64,000 nucleotides of DNA from Candidatus Saccharimonadales bacterium (lineage in GTDB: Bacteria; Patescibacteriota; Saccharimonadia; Saccharimonadales; UBA10212), in NCBI GenBank assembly GCA_035717985.1, contig DASTHW010000013.1:73436-137435 (forward strand). The letters are read 5' to 3'. Position numbers and translations under genes: made by a program. Shown one piece after another: positions 26,240-35,883 of this stretch (its first letter is position 1; every line of letters begins with the position of its first letter). The notes under the pieces were generated by a model, which did not search any database, had not been told where the DNA came from, and worked only from the letters and a program-made list of their open reading frames with translations.

Positions 26240-26390
26240 ATCCCTTCTTGTTTTCCCGGTCGGTCGGGACAGAAGGGCGTTATTTGCAAGCTTATCTACC
26301 CCGAAAATCGGGCTGGACTTGGCACCCAGCATTATCTGGGTTGTCGGCGGGTCGCAGGGCCATTTCCCTAGCCGCACTCTTGATAATTAA
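26240..26390 (-). promoter_or_regulatory. SAM-I (S-box) riboswitch controlling metK
   Basis: The minus strand reads TTATCAAGAGTGCGGCTAGGGAAATGGCCCTGCGACCCGCCGACAACCCAGATAATGCTGGGTGCCAAGTCCAGCCCGATTTTCGGGGTAGATAAG. This matches the SAM-I consensus blocks AUCAAGAG, AGGGA, GGCCC, CAACC, GUGCCAA and AGAUAAG. A hairpin CCCTTCT...AGAAGGG plus ATTTTTA follows and ends 3 nt before the ATG, covering the putative SD. Confidence 0.88.
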
Positions 26391-26433
26391 TTTTTAAAAG
26401 TACCCATAGAGTATATCATGGGCACCGGGCTCG

Positions 26434-27537
26434 CTAGCTGTCCAAAACATCCTGATAGAGCTTTAGGGTTTGGCTGGCTGTGGCTTGCCAAGAGTATTTA
26501 GCGGCCTGAATAGAGCCTTTTTTAATCAGCTCTTGGCGCAGGTTTTTATCATCCAAAACAGAGCTAATTTTGGCGGCAATATCATCTGGGTCATGTGGGT
26601 TAAAATATAGCGCGCCACTGCCATAAACCTCTGGCAGACAGGTGGCATTGCTGGCTATAACCGGCGCGCCGTGAACCATAGCCTCCAGCCCCGGCAGGCC
26701 AAAGCCCTCGCTAAAAGAAGGGAAAACGTAAGCCTGGCAATTTTCGTAAAGCCAGCGTAGCTGGCCCTCGCTAACAAATCCGGTAAATACCACCGATTCT
26801 TTCAAGCCCATCCTGACTACTTTTTTAGCCAGCTTTTCATAATTTTTGTCAGTTTTGCCGGCCAGCACTAGCTGAAGACCCTCATACTTTTTGATTAAGG
26901 ACGCAAAAGCCTCTACCAGCTTATCTAGGTTTTTATGCGGTGTGGGCCGGCCAACGTACATTAGAAACTTAGTATTTTCTAGGCCGGCCACCGGCACAGC
27001 CGGCTCTATAATTTTGTCGGCCGACTCGTAAATAACAGATATTTTATCTGGCCTACAGCCGCTGAAATTTGCCAGATCATCTTTAACCCACTGGCTGGGC
27101 GTAATTATATGAGCGGATTTTTTAGCTACGCGCTTGATAACCCGGCGGTAAACCATTTGCTTTAGCTTAAATGTAAGCCAATTTTTAGAGGGGTTGTTAA
27201 AGCGGACGGTAATTAAATCGTGCACGGTAGTTACGGACTTGCCGCGATACAAAACCGGTTGCTGGGTCATGCCAAAGTGAACTAAATCGGCTTTTTGCTT
27301 GCGCACCTGCTTTAAAAAACCTAACTGCTCGGCAAAGGTAAACTCTTTATAGTCAGACGCTACTACTTTGAAAGCCGGCGCAATCCGCTGGACAAAATCA
27401 ACGCGGGCGCTCTTGGTTAAAATGGTGAATTCAAAATCCGGCTTAAGCGCATGCAAATGCTCGATCAATTTATCGATATAGCGGCCGGTACTAGTGCCGG
27501 ACTCCCGGCCGTCAATTACAAGCTTCATATTCGTCAA
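26434..27537 (-). CDS. GT4-family (GT-B fold) glycosyltransferase
   Basis: 367 aa. The C-terminal motif is SFSEGFGLPGLEAMVHGAPVIASN (E-x7-E type). Confidence 0.85.
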   Translation of the reverse strand: MTNMKLVIDGRESGTSTGRYIDKLIEHLHALKPDFEFTILTKSARVDFVQRIAPAFKVVASDYKEFTFAEQLGFLKQVRKQKADLVHFGMTQQPVLYRGKSVTTVHDLITVRFNNPSKNWLTFKLKQMVYRRVIKRVAKKSAHIITPSQWVKDDLANFSGCRPDKISVIYESADKIIEPAVPVAGLENTKFLMYVGRPTPHKNLDKLVEAFASLIKKYEGLQLVLAGKTDKNYEKLAKKVVRMGLKESVVFTGFVSEGQLRWLYENCQAYVFPSFSEGFGLPGLEAMVHGAPVIASNATCLPEVYGSGALYFNPHDPDDIAAKISSVLDDKNLRQELIKKGSIQAAKYSWQATASQTLKLYQDVLDS

Positions 27538-27572
27538 TTATATTCGCAATAGTTGTTTGATAGAATTGTTAC

Positions 27573-28619
27573 ATGGCAAAGAGAGCATTAATAACTGGAG
27601 TAAACGGCCAGGACGGCGGGCATCTAGCAAAATTATTACACGATAAAGGCTATGAAGTCTTTGGGATTATCAGGGGCCAAGGCGAAGTTTCGCATCCTAA
27701 GTTCTCAACCTTTAAAGAGGAATTTCCTTATGTTGAAGTTATATTGGGAGATTTGCTAGATTTAGCGTCGTTAATCAGAGCAGTTGAGTTTTCTCAACCA
27801 GATGAAATCTATAACCTCGCCGCTATTAGCCATGTAGGGTACTCGTTCCGGGACCCGATATTGACCTTTCAAGTCACCGGCGGCGGCGTACTTAATATGC
27901 TGGAGGCAATTAGAGTTACGGGCCGCGAGAAAAAAACCCGATTTTATCAGGCGTCAACCTCAGAAATGTTTGGCGGCCTGGACTATAACAGACCCGGCAA
28001 AGGCTATGACGAAAATGCCCTCTTCCACCCGCGTAGCCCATACGGAGTAGCCAAGCTATACGGCCATTGGATAACTAAAAACTACCGCGAAAGTTACGGA
28101 ATGCACGCTAGCTGTGGGATATTGTTTAATCACGAAGGCGAGCGCAGAGGGCCAGAATTTGTTACCAGAAAAATCAGCCAAGCGGTAGCGCGGATAAAGT
28201 TAGACAAGCAGAATCATATTGAGCTTGGTAATTTAGACTCCAAGCGGGATTGGGGATATGCCGGCGATTATGTTTACGGGATGTGGCTGATGCTCCAGCA
28301 AGATAAATCTAGCGATTACGTTTTGGCTAGCGGCGAGAGCCACTCTATACGCGAGTTCTGCCAGGCGGCTTTTAAAGAAGTAGGTATTGATATTCATTGG
28401 CAGGGGGAGGGCGTAAACGAGGTTGGATTAGATTCAACGGGCAAAACCTTAGTTAAAATTAATCCGGACTTTTTCAGGCCGGCAGAGGTAGATATTTTAC
28501 TCGGCAACCCCACCAAGGCAGAGCAAGAATTGGGCTGGAGACGTCAGGTAGATTTTCAGGGCTTGGTCAAAACAATGGTTAAGTACGATTTAGGTTTTGA
28601 ATCTTCGCGCTCAAGTTAA
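27573..28619 (+). CDS. gmd: GDP-mannose 4,6-dehydratase
   Basis: 348 aa. Contains MAKRALITGVNGQDGGHLAKLLHDKGYEVFGIIR, the catalytic region YGVAKLY and the FNHEGERRG motif. Confidence 0.92.
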   Translation: MAKRALITGVNGQDGGHLAKLLHDKGYEVFGIIRGQGEVSHPKFSTFKEEFPYVEVILGDLLDLASLIRAVEFSQPDEIYNLAAISHVGYSFRDPILTFQVTGGGVLNMLEAIRVTGREKKTRFYQASTSEMFGGLDYNRPGKGYDENALFHPRSPYGVAKLYGHWITKNYRESYGMHASCGILFNHEGERRGPEFVTRKISQAVARIKLDKQNHIELGNLDSKRDWGYAGDYVYGMWLMLQQDKSSDYVLASGESHSIREFCQAAFKEVGIDIHWQGEGVNEVGLDSTGKTLVKINPDFFRPAEVDILLGNPTKAEQELGWRRQVDFQGLVKTMVKYDLGFESSRSS

Positions 28620-29569
28620 GCGGCCATTAGGCCTGGCTCATCCTTATTTTGCACAAAGTCATCAACAGTTTTGCTAATTGGGATTGACGGTGCCCAGCCG
28701 GTATCTTTCTGCAGGCGTTCATAGCTACCATAAATTTCCTGAGGATCGTTTGGCCGCATTAAAGACTCATCCTTCTCGACCCTAAGGTTGGTGCCAACAG
28801 CTTTTTGGACCCAGCCCAAGATATCGCGGCCGGAAAGACTTTTACCGCTACAAACATTGTATAAACCATGGTCTAACGACGGAGCTAGAGCTAGCTCCGT
28901 ATAGGCTTTAACGACATCACGCACATCTGTATAATCCCGCTTCGTATCAATATTGCCTGCAGTCAATGTATTGCCGGCTGGTTTTAGCTCAACGATTTTC
29001 TGGTATAGGTCTGGGACTAAAAAGCCTGTTTCTTGGCCGGGGCCAGTATGGTTAAAAGGCCTTACAATGACACAATCTAGCCCTCTACGGCTTAAATCCT
29101 GAGCCGCCGCCTCCATCTTTATTTTGCTTTGGACATAGGGTGAGCCGCCCTCAACCGTTTTTGATTCTTCGGTCAAAGGCATGGTCTGTTGGCTGTCGTA
29201 GACTGCCCCGGTGCTGATGGCGATTACTCTTGGCGATAAATCTTCGGCTATGATTTTTTCTCCCAACACGGATAAAACTTTTACATTGACCTGCATATAC
29301 CGGTCAGGATTTTTAAAAGAATCACCAACCCTGGCTAGCCCCGCCAAACTTATAACAGCGTCAATATCATCAAGCTTCAACTTGTCTACTTCATCGGCAT
29401 TTGTAAGATCGCAGGCATAGTAGCTTTGTAAGCTGTCGGCAATCAGCGGGCTAGGGGAAGTATCTTGCCCAACGCCGACCACCTCGCATTCTCTTGCACT
29501 TAACTCTCTTGTCAGGTGCTTGCCGACAAAACCATTAACTCCAGTAACCATAACTTTAGGCATATCCAT
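28616..29569 (-). CDS. NAD-dependent sugar epimerase/reductase, likely GDP-4-keto-6-deoxy-D-mannose reductase (Rmd-like)
   Basis: 317 aa. Rossmann motif VTGVNGFVGKHL and catalytic YVQSK. It converges with gmd, overlapping at their 3' ends. The Rmd-versus-fucose-synthase assignment is inferred from context only. Confidence 0.7.
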   Translation of the reverse strand: MDMPKVMVTGVNGFVGKHLTRELSARECEVVGVGQDTSPSPLIADSLQSYYACDLTNADEVDKLKLDDIDAVISLAGLARVGDSFKNPDRYMQVNVKVLSVLGEKIIAEDLSPRVIAISTGAVYDSQQTMPLTEESKTVEGGSPYVQSKIKMEAAAQDLSRRGLDCVIVRPFNHTGPGQETGFLVPDLYQKIVELKPAGNTLTAGNIDTKRDYTDVRDVVKAYTELALAPSLDHGLYNVCSGKSLSGRDILGWVQKAVGTNLRVEKDESLMRPNDPQEIYGSYERLQKDTGWAPSIPISKTVDDFVQNKDEPGLMAA

Positions 29570-29621
29570 AGACTATATGAAAAAACTCATCGGTTGAAGC
29601 CTAACAGTTTAAAATGTAGAA

Positions 29622-30440
29622 TTGAATGGCGTGAAACAGATTAAAAACCGCTACCGATACTCGGTAATCTTGCTTAAACAGCTAGTTAAAACAGACTTTA
29701 AACTACGCTATCAAAATTCAGTTCTTGGCTATCTATGGTCGCTACTGCGGCCGCTAGCCTTGTTTTTGATTATGTACGTGGTATTCGTAAAGTTCTTACA
29801 CGTTAATTATCGGGTGCCCTATTCGGCAGTCTACTTACTAATGGGCCTGGTGGTATGGAATTACTTTGGCGAAGTTACTAGCGGAAGCATTGGCGCCATA
29901 GTCGGCCGGGGCGACATACTTAGAAAGCTGAACTTCCCTCGGTACACAATTGTCTTAGCCGGTTCATTCTCGGCATTAATTAATCTGCTGATTAACTTTG
30001 TCGTTATTGCAATATTTATGATTGTAGCCAAAGTACCAGTACAGGGGATCATCGCATATGCGCCGCTATTGGTTATCGAGCTTTTTATTTTTTCTATTGG
30101 TCTGGCATTTTTCCTAAGTGCTTTATTTGTTAAATTCAGAGACGTCAATTATATATGGGAAGTCATAATGCAGGCGGCATTTTATGCTACGCCGATTTTT
30201 TATCCGCTTGCATCCATCCCGCATAAGTATGGCATTGCCAAGATTATTATGCTTAATCCCTTGGCACAAATTATTCAGGACATGCGGCACGTGGTGGTGA
30301 CAGATAAATCACCTACTATTGCTTCCGCTTTTGGCGCGGGCTGGGTTCGGTTGATACCAATATTTATTACTTTATTTATTGCGCTTTTATCGGCTATTTA
30401 TTTTAGGCGGCGCTCTAAATACTTTGCGGAGGAAATCTAG
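29622..30440 (+). CDS. wzm: ABC-2 type polysaccharide export permease (Wzm/TagG-like)
   Basis: 272 aa with 6 TM helices. The N-terminal segment LVKTDFKLRYQNSVLGYLWSLLRP is the ABC-2 signature. The start is TTG at 29622 or GTG at 29631. Confidence 0.88.
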   Translation: MNGVKQIKNRYRYSVILLKQLVKTDFKLRYQNSVLGYLWSLLRPLALFLIMYVVFVKFLHVNYRVPYSAVYLLMGLVVWNYFGEVTSGSIGAIVGRGDILRKLNFPRYTIVLAGSFSALINLLINFVVIAIFMIVAKVPVQGIIAYAPLLVIELFIFSIGLAFFLSALFVKFRDVNYIWEVIMQAAFYATPIFYPLASIPHKYGIAKIIMLNPLAQIIQDMRHVVVTDKSPTIASAFGAGWVRLIPIFITLFIALLSAIYFRRRSKYFAEEI

Positions 30441-30441
30441 T

Positions 30442-31629
30442 ATGAAAGATGCCGAGACCGCTATTAAGATTGACCATGTTTATAAAGATTTTCTATTGCC
30501 GCACGAAAAGGCCGGTTCAGTTAAGAATGTTTTTACTCATATGTTTAGCTACATAAGTTCAAAACAAAGCTATGGTACTCAGCATGCTTTACAGGACGTT
30601 TCAATCGATATAAAAAAGGGCGAATTCTTTGGCATAGTAGGCCGGAATGGGAGCGGCAAAAGCACACTACTAAAAATGATTGCCGCCATCTATCAGCCAA
30701 CAAAGGGTAGCATCCAGGTTGATGGTAAATTGGTGCCATTTATCGAACTTGGAGTCGGTTTTAATGGTGAGCTTACCGGCCGCGAAAACGTTTACCTTAA
30801 CGGTGCCCTGCTTGGCTTCACCAAAAAAGAGATGGATGCCAAGTATAAAGATATTGTAGAGTTCGCAGAACTTGAAGCTTTCATGGACCAGAAGTTAAAA
30901 AACTACTCTTCGGGGATGCAAGTTCGTCTGGCATTCTCGCTGGCTATACGGGTGCAAACGGACATCTTGCTTGTAGATGAAGTTTTAGCCGTGGGTGATG
31001 CCGACTTTCAGCGTAAATGCTTCAACTACTTCAAAGAACTAAAAGCCCAAAAAAAGACTGTCATTTTTGTTACTCATGACATGAGCGCAGTAAGAGAATT
31101 CTGCGACAGAGCTATGCTTATTGAGTCCAGCAAGGTGATGGCAGTAGGCGACTCGAGAGACATAGCCCGTGAATATTCTTTATTATTTATGGAAGACTCA
31201 AATTCAGTTCAAAAGGATGGTAAGCGATGGGGGAAAGGTGATATTAAAATCGAGGAGGCGAAGGCCTCAATTGAAAAAAACGAGGTGGTAATAAGAGTTA
31301 AGGCCAAAGCTAAAAAAGGCATAGACGGTTTGATATATGGAATTCATGTTATAGCTAGCGACGGTAAAGAGATTACTGCCATGAACAATCGAATGATATT
31401 AGAAGAAGATATTAAAGATTTATCACCTAATGATACGGTTGAATTCGAGTGGAGAATGTTGAATATTTTTAACGACGGTGATTATTCGATTACATTAACC
31501 TTGGTAAGTTCAATATTCGAGGACTTAGATTGGTATACAGAAGCGGCAAGATTCAGGGTAAAAAGAGCAGAAAGATCTACGACGGCTGTATTGCCACCGT
31601 TAAAAGTAAGCCATAAGATTAAAAGATGA
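30442..31629 (+). CDS. wzt: Polysaccharide export ABC ATPase (Wzt/TagH-like) with C-terminal beta-sandwich extension (Wzt_C-like)
   Basis: The ATG at 30442 follows a GGAGG; the ORF-track start at 30379 overlaps wzm. Walker A is GRNGSGKSTL, the signature is YSSGMQVRL, and Walker B is ILLVDEVL. About 140 extra C-terminal residues (GKGDIKIEEAKASI...ITLTLVS) follow. Confidence 0.9.
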   Translation: MKDAETAIKIDHVYKDFLLPHEKAGSVKNVFTHMFSYISSKQSYGTQHALQDVSIDIKKGEFFGIVGRNGSGKSTLLKMIAAIYQPTKGSIQVDGKLVPFIELGVGFNGELTGRENVYLNGALLGFTKKEMDAKYKDIVEFAELEAFMDQKLKNYSSGMQVRLAFSLAIRVQTDILLVDEVLAVGDADFQRKCFNYFKELKAQKKTVIFVTHDMSAVREFCDRAMLIESSKVMAVGDSRDIAREYSLLFMEDSNSVQKDGKRWGKGDIKIEEAKASIEKNEVVIRVKAKAKKGIDGLIYGIHVIASDGKEITAMNNRMILEEDIKDLSPNDTVEFEWRMLNIFNDGDYSITLTLVSSIFEDLDWYTEAARFRVKRAERSTTAVLPPLKVSHKIKR

Positions 31630-32639
31630 AGGAGCCGGTGAAAAAGTTTATCAGAAAATCCCGGGACGGTATATTGTCGAGCGTATACCGCCGCATTGAC
31701 TCCCTAGACTTGATTTTGGCTGAGACTGATAAAAAAATTGAGCTTCTTCAAAATGAATTAAGAGACTTGAATAACAAAGCTGACGCTTCAGAAAATCAGA
31801 TTAAGAACAGCGGCGTTATCCAGATTTCTGAAGAAGAAATGATTGCTAAGTTATTCACAGGCATAAAAATGTATCTCGACCCTAGAGACATCTCAGTAAG
31901 TCCTCACATAGCCCTCGATTCCATATGGGAACACCATATTACTAAAGCCTGGCTATCCGTTATACAACCCGAATGGACAATTTTAGATATTGGAGCCAAT
32001 TTTGGGTACTTTGGCGCCATTGCGGCTCAGAAAACAAACAAGAAAAAATCATCCGTCATTCTTTTTGAACCGAACCCAGAGCTTATTCCCTACATTAAAA
32101 AAACATTAGCCGTGAATTGGCTGAATGAGCAATCAGTCGTAGAGAATCTGGCTGTCTCAGATAAAAACGGATCGGTTGAGCTGAATGTACTAAAGGACTA
32201 CATAGCCTCTTCATCCCTACATACCAGCAAGCACATAGATGAATATATGCATAACAAAATGTATGTTAAAACTGACAGAGTAATTAACGTAAAGTCGGTT
32301 ACTATAGATGACTACTGCCGGCAAAACAAAATTGACGAAGTTAATCTTATCAAGATGGACATTGAAGGGTTTGAAGACAGAGCTTATTCGGGCATGCGTG
32401 AAATGGTGAAAAGAAGTAAAGATATAACTCTTTTTGTCGAGTTCACAAAAGAAAGCTATGCAAAACCCAAAGACTACTATGATCAAATGCTGGCTGATTT
32501 TGGACACGTTTATGTTATTGATAGTAGCGGCAATATAATCAAACCTCAGACAAATAGATATCAGGACGTGATTGGAAATGCGGATGACTGGGTGATGCCG
32601 GTTTTCTCTAAAAGGAGGAATCTTAATGAGGTGGTGTAG
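31626..32639 (+). CDS. FkbM-family methyltransferase with N-terminal coiled coil
   Basis: 337 aa. The SAM-binding motif is ILDIGANFGYFG, with VNLIKMDIEGFE downstream. A heptad-like segment ETDKKIELLQNELRDLNNKADASENQIKN lies in the N-terminal region. An ATGA overlap links it to wzt. Confidence 0.8.
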   Translation: MKEPVKKFIRKSRDGILSSVYRRIDSLDLILAETDKKIELLQNELRDLNNKADASENQIKNSGVIQISEEEMIAKLFTGIKMYLDPRDISVSPHIALDSIWEHHITKAWLSVIQPEWTILDIGANFGYFGAIAAQKTNKKKSSVILFEPNPELIPYIKKTLAVNWLNEQSVVENLAVSDKNGSVELNVLKDYIASSSLHTSKHIDEYMHNKMYVKTDRVINVKSVTIDDYCRQNKIDEVNLIKMDIEGFEDRAYSGMREMVKRSKDITLFVEFTKESYAKPKDYYDQMLADFGHVYVIDSSGNIIKPQTNRYQDVIGNADDWVMPVFSKRRNLNEVV

Positions 32640-32714
32640 GCAGGGGGGTGAAAAACAAGAAAAGACGGCTTTAAATTACCAGCCACAGCTAAACTAAGAG
32701 ACTAAAGGCGGCGA

Positions 32715-32990
32715 ATGGTTTTTAAAATTATAACCATCCTGAAGAAAATAGACGCATTTGTGTCAAGGTGTATAGGGGTGGGGCTACCAAGTTCGTATGG
32801 ATATGAGATACCGCAGGCTAGTACGGAATCACAGCTAAGAGCTAAATTTATTAAGATGTACTTTAATTCTCAGCCTTCACTTTTGCGGCTTGTGCTGTCA
32901 AAGGCATATACGCTCAGTAAGAGAGTTGCTTTTCGATCAATCCGCAAGGCTCTCGGATCAATGACCAAGGTAGCCGGGAGAGCCGCTTGA
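32715..32990 (+). CDS. Small basic hypothetical protein
   Basis: 91 aa. Its TGA overlaps the TTG start of the next glycosyltransferase (TTGA), which suggests coupling. I recognise no family. Confidence 0.4.
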   Translation: MVFKIITILKKIDAFVSRCIGVGLPSSYGYEIPQASTESQLRAKFIKMYFNSQPSLLRLVLSKAYTLSKRVAFRSIRKALGSMTKVAGRAA

Positions 32991-34681
32991 AAAACATAAT
33001 TTTTGACGGTCAGGTGCTACAAACCGACGCGTGGTACAGGGGTATGGGGCGCTATACATTGCAGTTACTTCACTCTTTAAGTGACATGCCCAGCCAGGAT
33101 ATTAAACTGCATATTATCTTTAATAAGAATATAAACTGCGCGCCTGAACGTTTTGAGGTTATCAAATATCTTTGTCCCAATGTTGAGCAGATTATTGCGG
33201 ATCTGCCAGTAGCAACGGATAGATCTGCTTCGGAACGCGCCTACAAGCGCAAGCTTACTAGCTTGCTAAAGAAAAGCATATCCGGAAGTGATAACTATTT
33301 TGTTATCACTTCATTATTTAGCTTCAGCTTTTTTGCTCAATTTCCAAACAATTGCCGTAAAATCCTGCTTTTTTATGACCTGACGCCTCTTTTATTTTGG
33401 AAGGATTTAGGGGGGTACTTCCCGCCGCACCTATATATGAAACGCTTCAGGCAAGTATATGAAGCCGACATTATAACCACTATCTCGGGCACCATTCTTA
33501 AAGATGTGATCTCTGTATTTGGTTTTGAGCCGAACAGGGTCGTAAACATTAACGGTGGTTTTACTAAATCTACCAATAAAGCCATCAAACCGAAAAGGAT
33601 CGGCAGAACCAAAAAATACCTGCTTTTTGTATCAGGGGATTTGCCGCACAAGAACAATGAGTTTGCTGTCAAGGGCTTCGCTAAATATAAAAAGCTTAGC
33701 GGTAGCAATGTTGATCTAGTTATTAGCTCGACATTCAGTGAACAGAGTCAGCAAGAACTTATGAAAATATACCCCGATGTTATATTCAGCGGAAACGTTA
33801 GCGATGAAGAGCTAGAGTGGCTATACGAGCATGCTCAGGCCGTATTGTTTGCCTCTAAATATGAGGGGCTAGGTATTCCTATCCTTGATGCAGTATTTAA
33901 CAATAAACCTGTAATAGCCTCATCAATACCTGTATTCAAAGAAATGACGGATAAGTTTTATTTCTTTAATCCTAATCGTGAAGATGAACTTGTATCGGCA
34001 ATTCATAACGGCCTGGCAAAAAAAGACTTTGCTGAGAGGCAGAAAGACTACAGCGCAATTCTAAATAAATATAGTTGGCAAAACACAGCCAACGAGTTTA
34101 TTGGGGCTATCAAGTCAGCGCCTGAGAATTTAATTGTAAAAAAACCAGCTGAGAAAATTGCTCTAGTATCAGTGCATCCTGGGATTTCTGGCCAAGTCGG
34201 ACGCTTGGCGGAGCCGCTTAACTACTGGTTATCGAAAGATTTCATTGTGGATTATTATTTCGATTCTACCGGTCTTAGCATAACAAAGATGGAGCGGCCG
34301 ACCTTTTTGGACCAGCTTAATGTGCGGGTAGCCGATATCACTGAAATGACACCGCGAGCCTATAGGAGCTATACGGAAGTAATTTTTCTCCTCGACAACA
34401 AATCGCTTAGATATAAGACAGCTGAGTTTGCCGCGGTACTGCCCGGCATATGTGTTGCTGATTTTAGAGGCGTCTCCCGCTCATCTAAACTGGCCGTACG
34501 GGATGTGGTGCTTGACAACCAAAAATCCACGCTTAACCCGGAGGACAAAAAGCCCGAACAGATTGCCCAGTGGATTAAAGAGCAGATTAAAGACGTCAAA
34601 CCAAGTAAAAGCGAGCTAATAATCCGGCAGAGGGCTCCAAACAGCATCATTATGCGAAAACTATTGAAAGTTAATGTATGA
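32987..34681 (+). CDS. GT4-family glycosyltransferase with extra C-terminal domain
   Basis: 564 aa. The start is TTG, because the next ATG would delete the conserved N-terminus FDGQVLQTDAWYRGMGRYTLQLL. The motif SKYEGLGIPILDAVFNNKPVIASS is present. About 190 aa of unknown function follow. Confidence 0.8.
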   Translation: MKNIIFDGQVLQTDAWYRGMGRYTLQLLHSLSDMPSQDIKLHIIFNKNINCAPERFEVIKYLCPNVEQIIADLPVATDRSASERAYKRKLTSLLKKSISGSDNYFVITSLFSFSFFAQFPNNCRKILLFYDLTPLLFWKDLGGYFPPHLYMKRFRQVYEADIITTISGTILKDVISVFGFEPNRVVNINGGFTKSTNKAIKPKRIGRTKKYLLFVSGDLPHKNNEFAVKGFAKYKKLSGSNVDLVISSTFSEQSQQELMKIYPDVIFSGNVSDEELEWLYEHAQAVLFASKYEGLGIPILDAVFNNKPVIASSIPVFKEMTDKFYFFNPNREDELVSAIHNGLAKKDFAERQKDYSAILNKYSWQNTANEFIGAIKSAPENLIVKKPAEKIALVSVHPGISGQVGRLAEPLNYWLSKDFIVDYYFDSTGLSITKMERPTFLDQLNVRVADITEMTPRAYRSYTEVIFLLDNKSLRYKTAEFAAVLPGICVADFRGVSRSSKLAVRDVVLDNQKSTLNPEDKKPEQIAQWIKEQIKDVKPSKSELIIRQRAPNSIIMRKLLKVNV

Positions 34682-35883
34682 GCGATAAAAAAATCCTCAT
34701 TATTTCTACATACCCTATAGCCAACCCGAGAGACGGCGGGCAAAAACGGGTGAACGCCATAGTTAAAGAATATAAAAAAGCCTTCAAGCAGGTTAAGTTT
34801 ATGGCCGTCTTCAAAGGCAGATATCCATCTTACGATAAGGACGATATATATGTGCCGACCGACGGTAGCTACCCGGCCCACCTTATACCATTTATTGGTG
34901 ACGTCATCGCCGGCTCTGCTATTTTTAGCGACAGCCGAATAAAAAATAAAATGGTAAAAATTTTGAGGCAGTACCAGCCAGACATTATCCAAATTGAGCA
35001 GACCTTCCCGTATATTGGCCTTAAATTGTTGCTTGAAGAATTGAATATGAACCCAAAACTTGTACTTAGTTCTCATAATGTTGAATACCGAATGAAGCAG
35101 GAGATATTAGACGGCCTGGGCGTTCCGGCGGCAGACTCAAAGCCGATTATAAAAAAAATACGGGAGGCCGAAGAAGAATTATCAAAAAGAGCCACCCTTG
35201 TGATAGCCGTCAGTAAAGATGACATACGTGAGCATAAGAAGATGGGTGCCAAAAGGCTGGTTTTAGCACCGAATGGAATCGAGAGGGTAGCGCCATCACA
35301 AGAGGCTGTTGAATATTGGCGAAACTATTTTAAAGATAAAGCTATAAAATATACAGCCTCCTTTATAGGTAGCGCCCACCCGCCCAACTGGGAAGGCTTT
35401 AAAAAAATGGTTGGCGATAGAATGGGATTTGTGCCGCCGGACACCAGAATGGTTCTGGCAGGAAGCATAGCGGATTACTTTCAAGATAATTTTAAAGATA
35501 TGAATCTCGGCCATATGACTTTTTGGCAAAGAGTAATTCCAGTAGGCCGGTTAGATGAAAATAAGTTAGCTGGCCTGATTGCCGCCACAGATGTCATTTT
35601 ACTTCCAATTACTGAAGGCGGCGGCTCAAACCTAAAGACGGCCGAAGCAATTTTATCCGGCCGCAAGATTGTAGCCACCAGCTATGCTTTCCGGTCGTTT
35701 GAAAAGTATAGGGATTTACCGAATATCTTCATTGCAGATGACCCCGATAGGTTTAGGCAAAATATTTTAAAGGCAATAAGCTCTCCGCTAACTGAAAGAA
35801 CCAAACCTCAGATTGAACTGGCAGAGAAGGTGCAGTGGCATTATAGTTTAAAGGGCGCAGTTAAAGAGGTTAGTGAACTATGA
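34678..35883 (+). CDS. GT4-like glycosyltransferase
   Basis: 401 aa. The N-terminus is KILIISTYPIANPRDGGQKRV. The C-terminal segment GGGSNLKTAEAILSGRKIVAT is present. There are 4-nt overlaps with both neighbours. Confidence 0.75.
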   Translation: MSDKKILIISTYPIANPRDGGQKRVNAIVKEYKKAFKQVKFMAVFKGRYPSYDKDDIYVPTDGSYPAHLIPFIGDVIAGSAIFSDSRIKNKMVKILRQYQPDIIQIEQTFPYIGLKLLLEELNMNPKLVLSSHNVEYRMKQEILDGLGVPAADSKPIIKKIREAEEELSKRATLVIAVSKDDIREHKKMGAKRLVLAPNGIERVAPSQEAVEYWRNYFKDKAIKYTASFIGSAHPPNWEGFKKMVGDRMGFVPPDTRMVLAGSIADYFQDNFKDMNLGHMTFWQRVIPVGRLDENKLAGLIAATDVILLPITEGGGSNLKTAEAILSGRKIVATSYAFRSFEKYRDLPNIFIADDPDRFRQNILKAISSPLTERTKPQIELAEKVQWHYSLKGAVKEVSEL

